Below, one piece after another: positions 24,791-39,577 of a stretch of DNA of 64,000 bases (position 1 is its first letter; each line of letters starts with the position of its first letter). The stretch comes from Stegostoma tigrinum (Eukaryota). A model generated the notes under the pieces. The model had not been told where the DNA came from, searched no databases, and saw nothing but the letters and a program-made list of their open reading frames with translations. The position numbers and the translations under genes are program-made. The stretch lies in assembly GCF_030684315.1 (NCBI RefSeq), contig NC_081378.1:16856575-16920574 (forward strand). The letters are read 5' to 3'.

Positions 24791-26070
24791 GCTCTCAACT
24801 GCTCCTAACACAAGACCTTCATTCGCACTATCATTCTTGTAAGCCACCTTTGGACCCCCTCCAACACCAGCACATCCTACCTTTAGATATAGAGCCCAAA
24901 ACTGCTCACAATACTCAAAATACGGTCTGACCGGAACATTATACAACCTCAGCACTACATCTCCAATTTTTTATTCCAGTCCTCTTGAAATGAATGTTAA
25001 CATTACATTTGCCTTCTTAACTGCCAACTGAACTTGCCTGTTAACCTTAACAGAATCCTGAACCAGGACTCGTAAATCCCCTTGTGGTTTTGATTCTTTC
25101 TCTGGTTAGAAAGTAGTCTACATTTCTATTCTTCCTACCAAAGTGCATAACCTCATATTTTACCACAGTGCCCCATCTGCTGCTACTTTGCTCACTCTCC
25201 TAAACCATCTGAGTCTTTCTGCAGCTTCCCCATTTCCTCAACACTATCTATCCCTCCATCTCTCTTTATGTCACCTCCAGACTTAGCAACAGTGCCCTCA
25301 GTTCCTTCGTCCAGATCGTTCATTGATTCCTGCTCACTGTTATCTGTCTGACCACCAATCTTTAATCCATGCTAGTACATTACCTCTTGTCTGAAGTGCT
25401 TTAATGTTGCTGACCAGTCTTGTTTGTGGGACTTTATCAATAACTTTCTAAAAATTCCACGATACTATATCCACCAACTCAGCAGGGTGTCGGGTCCCAG
25501 AAGAAGGGTGTGTTGGGTCAGGGGAGTAGAGGGGAGTGTTGGGTGAGGGGAGTAGAGGGGAGTGGCAGGTCCTGGGGTGATAAGAAATTGTTGGGTTAGG
25601 TATGGGAGGTATGAAGGGTCTGGAGAGATGTCCTGGAATCATACAGCATGGTAACAGACCCTTCAATCCAACTAGTCCATACCGACTATAATCTCAAACT
25701 AAACTAGACCTACCTGTCTGCACTTGGCCCACGTTCCTCTAACATTTCTTATTCGTGTACTTATCCAAATGTCTTTTAAATGCTTCAACTCTACATGCAT
25801 CCAGCATTTCGTCCAGAAGGTTTCCACACATGACCACTCTGTGCAAAAATATTGCCAATTTTTAAAAAAAAATCTTTCTCCTCTTACCTTAAAAATACGC
25901 CCCCAGTCTCAAAATCCCCCACCTAGAGAAAAGATATCTGCCATTCACCTTATTTATGCTCTTGTGATTTTATAAATGTCTACAAAGTCACCTCTCAGCC
26001 TCCTATGCTCCAGTGAAAAAAGTCCCAGCCTATCCAGCTTCTCCTGATAACTCAAACCCTCCATTCCCCT
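24790..26070 (-). mobile_element. Old CR1-type LINE fragments
   Basis: LRLYNVPVRPYFEYCEQFWA and a CR1-like 3' end near 25620-26070. Confidence 0.65.
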
Positions 26071-28039
26071 GTGTCTTTGAGGGTATGTATGGTAAGTTGG
26101 AGAGTTTAATAGTTACTCAGGAATTAGACTCTGTTTTTAATCATTTAACATTCTCTGAGTAACTATTTTCTTAACTACTGTGGACACTTCACATACCCTG
26201 ATTAAATGGATACGTTTGGAGGGTTCCAGGTGTGGAATGATCAATTTCCCTTGCAATTTCTTCAGTCTGTTTCATCAGGAATTCTGCAAGTGCCCCATGT
26301 GCAACTTACCTATTTTGCAGAAATGACTAACTGGTCATCAGAAAATCCAGATGAATTTTTAGCGTACCAATATATTGTTGATAATTGCTATTGTGTAGTA
26401 AACTATTTTGTTCAAGATAAGAACTTCTTGTTAGACTGCCAAGTCTTTGAACACACTAGACCTGTCAGGCCCCTTCATTTAAAGAGGACTAGATCTTAGA
26501 AACATAGAAAATAGGAGCAGGAACAGACCATTCAGCCCTTTGGGCCTGCTATGCCATTCATTATGTTCACGGCTGATCATCCAATTCCGTAGCCTGTTCC
26601 CACGTTTTCCCCATATCCTTTGATTCCTTTCGTCCAAGTGCGATATCTAACTCCTTCCTGAAATATACAATGTTTTGGCTTCAGTTGTTTTGTGTGGTAG
26701 TGAACTCCACAAACTCACCACATTCTGGGTGAAGAAACATATCCTTAGATTATGACCCCCCCCCAAAAAAAATTCTGGTCTCTCCTGTGATCAGAAACAT
26801 CCTTCCTGTATCTACCCTTACTCGTTCTGCTAGCCTGGCTAGTCCTAAAGGAAGCTCATGGCAGCACATCCACACGGTACATTATGACAATTGGGAGGAT
26901 CTATTGCACAACAGGAGGCTTCTGAGGAGCACAAATTGGTTGGGCTGCATGGCAAATTTTCTCTGCTATAGATAGAGCCATAGGATGGAATTAATGCCAC
27001 CCCCCCGCCCCCAAACCCCCACTGGAGATGAGCTCTGAGGCTAGTATTGGCAAAGTGTTTGGTTTGGCTGGAGACTGCAGATTGGACACCTCCCCCATTT
27101 CTCCCAGTGAAGTCCTCGCTGGAAATATGGCAGATGACTTAACTGCCTGACTATCACTTGAGGCCCTTAGGTAGGCATTCATCAGTCTAATCATATTGCT
27201 GCTGGTATTCAGTGACAGGTTAGGACTCATAAAGACTCCTGGTTGTTGGAGGGTGGGTAGAGGTCTCTTATTCAAAGACGCTCACCCAACATCAGGAAGG
27301 CAATGCCCACTGAGTGCCAGAATCTTGTTCTTTCCTCTGACTTTCTTCCCTATAACGGCAACCCCCACCCCATTTTGCCCTCCTGAGATTCCCAGTGAAG
27401 GGCCAATGTTGTATTGGCAGAAACCACCATTGGTGTCAGTGCTACTGTAATGGAAAGCAGCCAGCAGTTCTCAGGATTGGGATTTCTATACTGCTGGCAA
27501 GAGTCCAATAGTTAGGTGCCCCTGTGGCTACAGTGGCAAGGTTCTGACTGCCAATTAGCATCTTAATCAAACTGAGGACTCATGAGGATTGAGTCATGAG
27601 GGTGAACCAGTTTCGGCATTGGACTCCCACCACCCTCAGTAAACTCTACCCGTAAGGCCATTACAGAACAGAAACAGGGCATCCTATGTATCAAACAAAT
27701 ATCAAGTCTGTCAACCCATTCTGCTCCATCCCTGAGGTTGGACTCATTTAAAACAATAAAATAAAACAAACATCAACAAGAAAAATCTCTGTGAGGCACA
27801 TAGGTTTTCAAATTGGCATTTCAAGGGGTTCTTATGGTGACAATAGACTTTTGTTGAAATTCAACATGCTAGACATAAAGTGAGGCCCATGTATTAATTT
27901 GCCTTTTTCAGCAGCTGGATCTCAACATACTGACTTGCCTAATTATTTAATGATGTTCTAAGTGCCTTGTTTATGTTTCCTTAACAATAGATTCCAGACA
28001 TTCCTGGTGACTGATATCAAGCTAAGTGTACCACCTGGA

Positions 28040-28700
28040 CATCAGCCAATGGGGTATACTGCATCGTCTGTACCCGTGGCTACCTCTACATTGGGGAAAT
28101 CAAGCCAAGGCTTGGGGACCGCTTTGCAGAACACCTACACTCGGTTCGCGATAAACAACTGCACCTTCCAGTCGCAAACCATTTTAACTCCCCCTCCCAT
28201 TCCTTTGACAACTTGTTCATCATGGGCCTCCTGCAGTGCCACAATGATGCCACCCATAGGTAGCAGGAGCAGCAACTCATATTGTGCTTGGGAACCCTGC
28301 AGCCCAATGGAATCAATGTGGATTTCACAAGCTTCAAAATCTCCCCTCCCACCACTGCATCCCAAAACCAGCCCAACTCATCCCTGCCTCCCTAATCTGT
28401 TCTTCCACTCACCTATCCCCTCCTCCCACCTTGAACTGCACCTCCATTTCCTACCGACTAAACTCATCCCGGCCCCTTGACCTGTCCGTCCTCCCTGGAC
28501 TGACCTATCCCCTCCCTACCTCCCCACCTATCTTCTCCTCTATCCATCTTCGGTCTGCCTCCCCGTTTCTCCCTATTTATTTCAGAATCCTCTCCCCATC
28601 CCCCTTTTCTGATGAAGGGTGTAGGCCTGAAGCGTCAGCTTTTGTGCTCCTAAGATGCTCCTTGCCTGCTGTGTTCATCCAGCCCCACACTTTGTTATCT
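28040..28700 (+). mobile_element. Penelope family-1 fragment
   Basis: Colinear with 5080-5755 (GIY-YIG region and tail). Confidence 0.85.
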
Positions 28701-31700
28701 CCTATTTCCTTTCTCCCTGATTTCTTGAATAATACAGGATGAGCAGAAATTTACACAAAATTGTGATGATAGAGGTAAAATAAGGACTCTCTGTGCAACT
28801 TTCCTGATCTGATTTTAATAGCTGAGACTTCTGTGCATTAAAATGGATTTTAAAATAAAACAAATCAGACTTAAGATGGCCACAATGTTCATCTGACCAG
28901 GCCAAGCCAAATTTATTAATTCAATCTGAGATAAACAAGGGCAGTCTGAGTCAAAATTAGCATTTTATCAAAAGACATTGACACTCGGGCATGAAAATTC
29001 CTTGATAGTAGCGACTGCTGATGCTGGAGAATCTGATATAACAAGGTGTAGAGCTGGATGAACACTTCAGGCCAAGCAGCATCAAAGGAGCAGGAAAGCT
29101 GACGTTTCCAGCCTAGTCCCTAATTCAGAAATTCCCTGGCTCTTTTTCCCCTTTTGGTCCTGTTCATTACCAACAGCCAACACTAGGTGGCGGAACAATG
29201 ACACGTGTAGAACACAAGTTTGCAGTCATTCTGAACGTTGGCTCGCTGAAGGCGAAAGTCAGAATTGAGGTGTCAGTGTACTCTCTTTTGTTGCTTCCTA
29301 TCTTCTTCCCAAGCTGACAGAATATTTGATATCTGAAACCTATAGTTATTCCAGAAATGGAACTGAGTAAAGTACTGCTAAAACATCCATGAAAGAGGTG
29401 CCCTTGAAATGAACTAGATCCTGAAGCGGGCTCAGAAAAAGCCTCAACGCAACTAAAGCAGGAATTGCTGGAAAAGCTCAGCAAGTCTGGCAGCATCAGT
29501 GAAGAAAATATCAGCATTTCGAGTCCGGTGACTGAGCCTCAGAAAATGCCTCAACCACTGCCTCACCTGTTTTCTGATGCCGAACGTTGGAGTATGCATG
29601 AGAACTATATTTTAGTAAAACAGTTATTTGGTGGGGAAGAGAAGGAAAAGAGATTTGTAACACAGAATTGAAAAACTCTCCATTTCTGTTTCCTTCAGCT
29701 TTGTGAAAAACAGTGCCTGGTGATGAAGCAAATTGTAGAAATATATTCACTGAGCTTCCAAGGATAGTTAGGGGTTTTGTCACAGGTGAAGATTCAAGGT
29801 ATCCATTTTTCAGCCCTGAGCTCGGGTTAAAGTCTAACACTTCAATGACTATAAGGATTTTTAAAAAATACTGCACATTCTTGACTTTCGTACCAAAGGC
29901 GCTGTCATTTTTTGAACTTCATTCTTGTATGTGTGGTCATTTGATGTCGTCTTTTATTAATTTTTTCAATATTTATAAATGCGAAAATTCTTCTTGCTTT
30001 CACTCAAGAAATCCTCCTTAATTAGAAGTAGCACGATGTTTTATTTGAAGTGTGATAGAGGTGCATGCTAAAAGTACTTAAAAAGGAGGTTTAAAGATGG
30101 AAACTGATTTAGCTCTGTTCACCTGATCATAACAAGTTGAATGTTGGGAATGCAAAATTCATTGTTTCCTGGCCATCAACTGTCCATCTCTCTGACAACT
30201 GCCTGAGATAGAACAAGATTTTCTGCAAATTTGATGTTCTATTTGTCTGAGATGAAACTCTGATCACAAATTCATTGCTAAGACCACTTACTTCTACTGC
30301 TGCCACGTAGCCAGACCCCACTGGGCCTCAGCTCACCTGCTTCCAAAACCTTCATACGTTCCTCTTGTTTCAAAACTAATTGTCAGACTACTACAGAAAC
30401 CCATTCCTCTGGGAGTTCTGAGCTGGGTTTTATGGTGTGGCCCTCCATCCCCACATCTGATTTGCTTACAGTAGGTGGGGGGGGGGGGGGGGATGGTGTG
30501 TGGAAAGTGAAATTGATGAGTAACCCAACACCTTTCTGTCTACTCCCGAGCTTTTCCCCAGTAGATAGGATGGCACATTATGAGCAGGCCACCTGATATT
30601 TTGAGAATATATTTAATAGAAAATAGAGCTTGTTAACAAGCCTGTTGGCCCAAATATTATTCTGCCCATTTCATATTAGTGTATGGGAATGAGTAGGCCA
30701 TTTTCTTATAAACCAACTGGTTGAAGGACAGGTAGAAAGCGGTGTACATTCTGTGGGGAATGACCTATCTGCGTTGGAACATTTCCCTAACTTGTTACTC
30801 TTGCATTTCTTCCTGCCCTCAACCCGAAAGCCTCCACTGTCCATATTGCCAAATCCTGTACATCCTTGAAAACTTATTTATCTCACGTTGGACACCATTG
30901 TTCTTCCCTGTCCATCTGATTGCAGTCCCAGCAGCAGTTGCCACTGAGTTCTAGCATTACTGGGATCATTAGAACCACCAGCCAATCAGGTTAGCCAGTA
31001 TCTCTTCAGAGCAGGAGAATGGAAATCCAAACTTTAACTTCTTAAGGCTGCCAGCAATGTGTTTTGCTGCAGGGTGGGGTTGTTGAGCATTGAACTACAA
31101 CAACCCCTTACTGTACCTCCCGAGTGGGTGAGCAATATGCTCTCCAGTAAAATTTAGTCCTTGGGATGGATATATAATAAAACTTCGAAAAAATCAAGTA
31201 TGGAATTTCAGGGCAGAATTTTAACTGTGTCCTGCCATTCCAGACAGCCATAACTAGTACTGAACCATTTTCTTTCTGTTTCCCATTTCCCTTACAATTC
31301 TAAATAAAAATCTGAGTGTTGATGGTACACACAGGAAATGCAGGCAATTCATCACAGGAGGCTTTCTTTATTAGTTAAACCTGTCATCAGCTTTCAATCC
31401 TGCAACTATTAGCAAGCAATAAAAGAGAGGTTCTGCCTCCTGGTCACAACTTTGCTACCAAACTCCAACACCTATCTTCCATGATGCTTTCCCTGGATGG
31501 CTGCATCCTGACTAATCTCCTCTTTGTGCTACTAGCATCTCGTGTTATGACCTTTGTTGTTGAATAGCAAGAGCCCTCCTTTGTTGCAACCTGTCCTCCT
31601 GCATCTAAGGTTGTGAATGAGCCCAGTAGGTATTCCAGCAATGAAAATGAGTGAAGAAGACAGATGGTAAGATAAAATCATGTGTGCCCATGGATTCAAC

Positions 31701-32371
31701 CTGTAGAATCAGTGAACAGAGTGCTGAACTCTTCGTTGTCTTTGACTAAACTCTACCCATCATAGTCAGGAAATTGCAGCAAGTGGAAGTTGACTATCTG
31801 CTGTTTTGCATGGTATATAACCAGAACATAATTAGTTGTACGTCTGCACAAGTAAATTTAAAATAGAAACTGGAGAGGAAGTTTTATGGAGCCTGGAAAA
31901 AATTGAAAATGAGGATAAAAGTTGTCAACTGCAGGCTGGCAGGAAAGATACAAAGGAATATGACATGAAGAAGTGTGAGATAAAACATTTACAGCAAACA
32001 AGTCGAAGGAATACAAAATAAATGGTAGGATACAAAAACAGGAAATGAGGGACTTTGAGATGTAGGTTCACAGACTGTAGCAACGCAGACAGATGAGGTG
32101 GCTGAAGGAATGTGGGATTGCTTCCTTTAAAAAGTGGAGATAGATTTTAAATGCAGAAAGATTTTGATAGAACTGTAAAACACTATGTGAGAGTACTGCG
32201 TATAATTTTGATCATAGTACATAGGGAAAGGATGTGATAGGTTAAGAGAAAATACCTAGGAATTTTATAAGGATGTTGCCAGGACTGAACAATTTCAGTA
32301 ATGAGGAACAATTCAATGGGCTGGATTGGTTTCGTGGGAACAGGAGAAGCCTGGGGAAAATTCTTTTCAAA

Positions 32372-33850
32372 CACAGAAGCTGCTGGAAAAGCTCAGCAGG
32401 TCTGACAGGATCTTTGAGGAGAAATCAGAGTTAACATTTCAGGTCTAGTGATACTTTCCTCAGAACTGATTGTACCTAGCATAAAGGCTGATTTATATGC
32501 AGAAGACAGGGTGGCGGTGGGGATAAGGAGTAAACAATAGGTAGAGATAGAACCCAAAGAGAGAGAAGAACAGTTGGTTAGACAAAGGAATAGATAACCA
32601 TCTGGCTAAGAGATTGAATAGCTATTAATGGAGACTGTTAGTGGCTAACAATAGGAAGTGTGTAATGGCAGACTATGTGATAATGAGGCCTGGTGTGTGG
32701 GTTAGGGGGCTAGGACATGAGAGCGCTCAGGCCCTAAAATTATTGAACTCAATGTTGAGTCTGGAGGGCTGCAGCATCCCCTAGCAGAAAATGAGATGCT
32801 GTTCTTCCAGCTTGTGCTGAGCTTCACTGGAACATTGCAGCAAGCCTGAGACAGAGATGTTGGCAAAAGGAACAGGATTGTGTGTTAAAGTGGCAGGCAA
32901 CTGGAAGCTCAGGGCCTTTTTTGCAAGCAGAACAGAGATGTTCTGCGAAGCACTCACTTGGTCTATGCTTCATTTCCCCAATGTAGACTAAATGTGTGAA
33001 GTGCAGGTAAACTGCTGCTTCACCTGGAAGGTATGTTTGAGCCCTTGGATACTGAGGAGATAAATGGGCAGGTGTTGCACCTTCGGTTGCAGGGGAAGGT
33101 AGCATGGGGCTGTGGGGGGTTTTGGGTGTGAAGAAAGAGTGGACCAGGGTGTCCCAGAAGAAACGATCTCTGTGGAAGGTGGACAAGAGAGGGGAAAGTG
33201 TATCTGGTGGTGGCATCTCACTGGAGGTGGTGGAAATGGCGGCTGATGATTTTCTGGATGTGGATGCTGATGGGATGGTAGGAAAGGACAAGAGGAACCC
33301 TATTGCTGTTGTGCGAGGGAAGAGAGGGTGTGAGAGCAGAAGTGTAGGTGAACGGTGCTGGGGAATCCTTGGTTGAGGAAGAGGGTAGACATTTCGGAGG
33401 CTCCCTTGTTGAAATTGGCCTCTTCGGAACATATGCAACGGAGATGGAGGAACTGGGAGAGTGGAATGGAGTCTTTACAGGAAGCAGGGTGCGAGGAAGT
33501 ATAGTTCAAGTAGCTGTGGGAGACAGTGGGTTTACAGTGGATATTAGTGGCCTGTTTATCCCTAGAAATGAAAACAGAGATGTCGAGGATGTGAAGGGAC
33601 GAGTCAAAGATAGACCTGTTGAAAGTGAGGGCAGAGTGGAAATTGGACGCGAAATTGATTTTTTTGGATTCCAGATTAGAAAGGGAAGCAGCAACAATGA
33701 TATAATTGATGTATCAGAGAAAGTGTTGTGGTTGGGGCCAGCATAAGGCTGGAAGAAGGAATGCTTCACGTATCCCACAAAGAGACTGGCATAACTGGGA
33801 TGCATGCAAGTACCCGTGGCCACCCTTCTGACCTGAAGAAAATGAAACAA
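32372..33850 (-). mobile_element. Older Penelope-like element (related family)
   Basis: VATGTCMHPSYASLFVG (RT), HPASCKDSIPLSQFLHLRCICS, and VYIGEMKHRPSECFAEHL (GIY-YIG). Confidence 0.75.
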
Positions 33851-33879
33851 GTTGAGAGAAGTTATTGAAGCCATGGTTC

Positions 33880-35395
33880 AATGAAAAGTGCAAGAGGGCT
33901 TCCAGGAGTAGCAGCAGGCATTCTTAAAAGATGAGGTTCAATCTGGTGAAGGTACAAAACACAACTTGAATGCCAAACAACATTTCAGCAAGTGATAGAC
34001 AGACCTAACTCATTCCATAACTAATGGGACAGATCTAAGCTCTGTAGTCTGCTACATCCAGACATGGACAATTAAACAAATGATTACAATAGGAAGCTGC
34101 ACAAATATTCCCACCTTCAATGATGGGAGTGCCCAGCACATCAGTACAAAGTGTAAGGCTGAACCATTTGCAACTATCTTCAGTGAATTCTGCATGGATG
34201 ATCCATCTTGGCCTCCTCCAGATGCCAGTCTTAAGCCAATTCAATTCAATCTGTGTGATATCAAATAATGTTTGGAGGCACTGGATACTGGGAAAGCCAT
34301 GGGCCTTGACAACTTCCTACTGAAGATGTGCTCTAAAGCTTCCCATTCCCCTAGCCATGCTATTCCAGTCCAACTACAACAGTGACATCTACTCAATAAT
34401 GTGGAATATTGCCCAGTATTGTCCCATACACAAAAGGCAGGAGCAGTCCAACCCAACCACTTAGTTTATTCTCGATTGTCAATAAAATGATGAAAGGTTT
34501 CATCAACAGTTCTATCAAATAGCTGCTGCTCATTGGAACTCAGTTTGGATTGTGCAAGGGCCACTGAGCTCCTGACCTCATTACAGCATTGGTTTAAACA
34601 TAGACGGTAAAGCTAAATTCCAGAGGCAATGTAAGAGCTGCACTTGACTGAACATGGCATCTTGGAGTCAATGGGAATCAGGGGAAAACTTTGCTGGTTT
34701 GAGTCACACCTAACAAACAAAGGATGATGGTTGTGGTTGTTGAAGGTCAGTCATGTCTGCTCTGGGACATCTCTGCAGGAATTCAGTAGGGTAATGTCCT
34801 GGGCCTAACCATCTTCAGCTGCTTCATAAATGACTTCTCTGTATCAGAAGATCAGTAGTATTTGCCAATGATAGCAAAATGTCCAGCACCATTTCTGACT
34901 CCTTACATACTGAAGCTGTCCATGTCCATCAGCCATGACACCAAACTCTTCAAAGCAACTCCAACAGCACTCTAGAAGTTTGACACTATCTGGGTCAAAA
35001 CATACCCCACTTGATTGGCACTACAAACAAAAATGTCCACCATCAATGATCAGGTTTTGCAGTGTGTACCAAGTACACGATACACTGCAGAAAACCACCA
35101 AAACAGCATCTTTCAAACCAATGACTGCTACCGCATATAAGGACAACAGCAGTAGACATGTAGGAACACCACCCCCTACAAGTTCTGCTCTAAACCACTC
35201 ACCATCCTGACTTGGAAATATATTACAGTTTCTTACCTGTCTCTGGCTCAAAATCCTGCAATTCTTTCCCTACTGGTATCACTAAATGGACTGCAACGGT
35301 TCAAGAATGCAGTTCACCACCACCTTCTCAAGGGCAAGTATAGGGATAGGCAATAAATGCTGGTCACCCAGCGATGCCCACAGATATGAATGATC
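33880..35395 (+). mobile_element. Ancient decayed LINE (CR1/L2 group) remnant
   Basis: Fragmentary RT-like segments (KAMGLDN, VLGLTIFSCFIND) with many stops. Confidence 0.5.
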
Positions 35396-35559
35396 TAAAA
35401 AAAAATTTTTCTATTTTAAGTCAGGAGCCTGACGATTACATTAAAATGTGGGTTTCCATCCAATATTGTCGAGAACTTCACCATCAGTTAGCTCTTATAC
35501 TCCCAATACCACAAAGGACCTGCAGCCTGACTGGACCGTCGACCAGGTAGCTGCCGGGA

Positions 35560-38500
35560 AGGTGAGTCACTGTTTTAAAAACTTACCTTGTGAATAGGCG
35601 GAGCGTACGCTGAGCAGGAGCGGACACGGGACTGCTGAGTAAGTGAGGTAATATATTTGTGTGGTTGGTAAGGTAATTAGTTTATTTTTTATTCTTTATT
35701 TTTCAACAGTCTCTTTGGGAATTTAGAATAATGGGAACGGAGGTCAGGGCAGTTGAATGTTCCTCCTGCAGAATGTGGGAGGTAAGGGTCACCACTAGTG
35801 TCCCTGCTGACTACATCTGCGGGAAGTGCATCCAACTCCAGCTCCTCGAAAACCGTGTTAGGGAACTGGAGCTGGAGCTGGGTGAACTTCGAATCATTCG
35901 GGAGGCAGAGGGGGTTATTGAGAGGAGTTACAGGGAGGTAGTCACTCCTCAGGTACAAGAAAAAGGCAGATGGGTTACAGTCAGGGGCCGGAAAGGGAAC
36001 CAGCAGGCAGTGCAGGGATCCCCTGTGGCCATTCCCCTCAACAATAAGTATACCATTTTGGATACTTTTGGGGGGGACAACTTACCAGGGGAAAGCAGTG
36101 GGGCATAGGTCTCTGGCACAGAGTCTGTCCCTGCTGCTCAGAAGGGTAGTGGGAAGAGGAGCAGAGCAGTATTCATTGGGGACTCCATAGTTAGGGGGAC
36201 AGATAGGAGGTTCTGTGGGGACGAGAGAGACTCGCGGTTGGTGTGTTGCCTCCCAGGTGCCAGGCTTCGTGATGTCTCTGATCGTGTTTTTGGGATCCTT
36301 AAGGAGGTGGGGGAACAGCCCCAAGTCATGGTCCACATAGGCACCAACAACATAGGTAGGAAGAGACCTGGGGATTTAAGGCAGAAATTCAGGGAGCTAG
36401 GATGGAAACTTAGAGCTAGGACGAACAGAGTTGTTGTCTCTGGTTTGTTGCCCGTGCCAGGTGTTAGTGAGGCGAGGAACAGGGAGAGAGAGGAGTTGAA
36501 CACGTGGCTACAGGGATGGTGCAGGAGGGAGGGTTTTGGATTCTTGGATAATTGGGGCTTTTTCTGGGGTAGGTGGGACCTCTACAAGCAGGGTGGTCTT
36601 CACCTGAACCAGAGGGGTACATATATTCTGGGGGGGAAATTCGCTAAGGCTATTCGGGTGGGTTTAAACTAATTCAGCAGGGGGGTGGGGACCAAAATTG
36701 TAGTTCGAGTATAGAAAAGGTTGAGAGTAGGGAGGTCTGAAATAAAGTTTCAGGGATGCAAGATGGCACCGGCAAGCAAGAAGTTGGTTTGAAGTGTGTC
36801 TACTTCAATGCCAGGAGCACCCGGAATAAGGTAGGTGAACTTGCAGCATGGGTTGGTACTTGGGACTTCGATGTTGTGGCCATTTCGGAGACATGGATAG
36901 AGCAGGGACAGGAATGGTTGTTGCAGGTTCCGGGATTTAGATGTTTCAGTAAGAACAGAGAAGATGGTAAAAGAGGGGGAGGTGTGGCATTGTTGGTCAA
37001 GGACAGTATTACACTTGCAGAAAGGATGTTTGGGGACTCGTCAACTGAGGTAGTACGGGCTGAGGTTAGAAACAGGAAAGGAGAGGTCACTCTGTTGGGA
37101 GTTTTCTATAGGCCTTGGAATAGTTCCAGATATGTAGAGGAAAGGATAGCAAAGATGATTCTCGATAGGAGTGAGAGAGACAGGGTAGTTGTCATGGGGG
37201 ACTTCAACTTTCCAAATATTGACTGGGAGCACTATAGTTCGAGTACTGTAGATGGGTCAGTTTTTGTCCAGAGTGTGCAGGAGGGCTTCCTGACACAGTA
37301 TGTAGACAGGCCAACAAGGGGCAAGGCCACATTAGATTTGGTACTGGGTAATGAGCCTGGCCAGGTGTTAGATTTGGAAGTAGGTGAGCACTTTGGTGAT
37401 AGCGATCACAATTCTGTTATGTTTACTTTAGTGATGGAAAGGGATAGGTGTATACCACTGGGCAAGAGTTATAGCTGGGGGAAAGGCAATTACGATGAGA
37501 TTAGACAAGATTTAGGGAGCATAGGATGGGGAAGGAACCTGCAGGGGATTGGCACATTAGAAATGTGGAGCCTATTCAAGGAAAAGCTCCTGTGTGTCCT
37601 AGATAAGTATGTACCTGTCAGGCAGGGAGGAAGCTGTAGAGCGCGGGAGCCATGGCTTACGAAGGAAGTGGAATCTCTGGTCAAGAGGAAGAAGAAGGCT
37701 TATGTTAGGATGAGATGTGAAGTCTCAGTTAGGGTGCTTGAGGGTGACAAGGTAGCCAGGAAAGACCGAAAGAGAGAGCTCAGAAGAGCCAGGAGGAGAC
37801 ATGAGAAGTTGTTGGCAGATAGGATCAGGGTAAACCCTAAGGCTTTCTATAGGTATTTAAGGAATAAAAGAATGACGAGAGTAAGATTAGGGCCAATCAA
37901 GGATAGCAGTGGGAAGTTGTGTGTAGAGTCAGAGGAGATAGGGGAAGCACTAAATGCATATTTTTAGACAGTATTCACTCTAGAAAATGACAATGTTGTC
38001 GAGGAAAATACTGAGATACAGGCTACTAGACTAGGGGGGATTGAGGTTCACAAGGAAGAGATATTAGAAATCCTACAGAGTGTGAAAATAGATAAGTCCC
38101 CTGGGCTGGATGGGATTTATCCTAGGATCCTCTGGGAAGCCAGGGAGGAAATTGCCGAGCCTTTGGCATTGATCTTTAACTCGTCATTGTCTACAGGAAT
38201 AGTGCCAGAAGTTTGGAGGATAGCAAAATGTGGTTCCCTGTTCAAGAAGGGGAGTAGAGACATCCCTTGTAATTATAGACCAGTGAGCCTTACTTCAGTT
38301 GTTAGTAAAGTGTTGGAAAAGGTTATAAGAGATAGGATTTATAATCATCTAGAAAAGAATAATTTGATTAGGGATAGTCAGCACGGTTTTGTGAAGGGTA
38401 GGTCGAGCCTCACAAACCTTATTGAGTTCTTTGAGAAGGTGACCAAACAGGTAGATGAGTGTAAACCAGTTGATGTGGTGTATATGGATTTCAGCAAGGC

Positions 38501-39577
38501 ATTCAATAAGGTTCCCCACAATAGGCTATTGTACAAAATGCGGAGGAATGGGATTGTGGGAGATATAGCAGTTTAGATCAGAAATTGGCTTGCAGAAAGA
38601 AGACAGAGGGTGGTGGTTGATGGGAAATGTTCATCCTGGAGTTCAGTTACTAGTGGTGTACCGCAAGGGTTGGTGCTGGGTCCACTGCTGTTTGCCATTT
38701 TTATAAACGACCTGGATGAGGGCGCAGAAGGATGGGTTAGTAAATTTGCAGACGACACGAAGGTCGGTGGAGTTGCTGGGCTGAGAGGTGGCAAATGGAG
38801 TTTAATGCGGACAAGTGTGAGGTGATGCACTTTGGTAGGAGTAGAATGCAAAGTACAGGGCTTATGGTAAGATTCTTGGTAGTGTAGATGAGCAGAGAGA
38901 TCTCGGTGTCCATGTACACAGATCCTTGAAAGTTGCCACCCAGGTTGACAGAGCTGTTAAGAAGGCATACAGTGTTTTAGCTTTTATTAATAGAGAGATA
39001 GAGTTCCGGAACCATGAGGTTATGCTACAGCTGTACAAAACTCTGGTGTGGCCGCACTTGGAGTATTGTGTACAGTTCTGGTCACCGCATTATAAGAAGG
39101 ATGTGGAAGCTTTGGAAAAGGTGCAGAGGAGAATTACTAGGATGTTGCCCTGGTATGGAGGGAAGGCCTTACGAGGAAAGGCTGAGGGACTTGAGGCTGT
39201 TTTCGTTAGAGAGAAGAAGGTTGAGAGGTGACTTAATTGAGACATATAAGATAATCAGAGGGTTAGATAGGGTGGATAGGGAGAGCCTTTTTCCTAGGAT
39301 AGTGACGGCGAGCACTAGGGGGCATAGCTTTAAATTGAGGGGTGAAAGATATAGGACAGATGTCAGAGGTAGTTTCTTTACTCAGAGAGTAGTAAGGGTA
39401 TGGAACGCTTTGCCTACAATGCTAGTAGATTCGCCAACTTTAAGTACATTTAAGTCGTCAATGGACAAGCATATGGACGTACATGGAATAGTGTAGGTTA
39501 GATGGGCTTCAGATTGGTATGACAGGTTGGCACAACATCAAGTGCCAAAGGGCCTGTACTATGCTATAATGTTCTAT
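35560..39577 (+). mobile_element. Near full-length CR1 LINE (ORF1 zinc finger/coiled coil/SGNH esterase; ORF2 APE and RT), disabled
   Basis: ORF1 35731-36672 (CSSC...CGKC, GDSIVRG, HIGTN, GLHLN). ORF2 ~36756-39496 (YFNARS, ISETW, GDFN, SDHN, FADD). Stops, frameshifts and an internal deletion. The 5' boundary is approximate. Confidence 0.93.

Noticed and set aside
29220-29880. Unique-looking plus-strand stretch with short ORFs and a small insertion flanked by CTCAGAAAA(A/T)GCCTCAAC
   Set aside because: Multiple stops and no recognisable motif or consistent splice pattern; a BLASTX search would be needed to call a pseudogene.
30477-30492. G16 homopolymer
   Set aside because: Isolated simple repeat with no supporting context.
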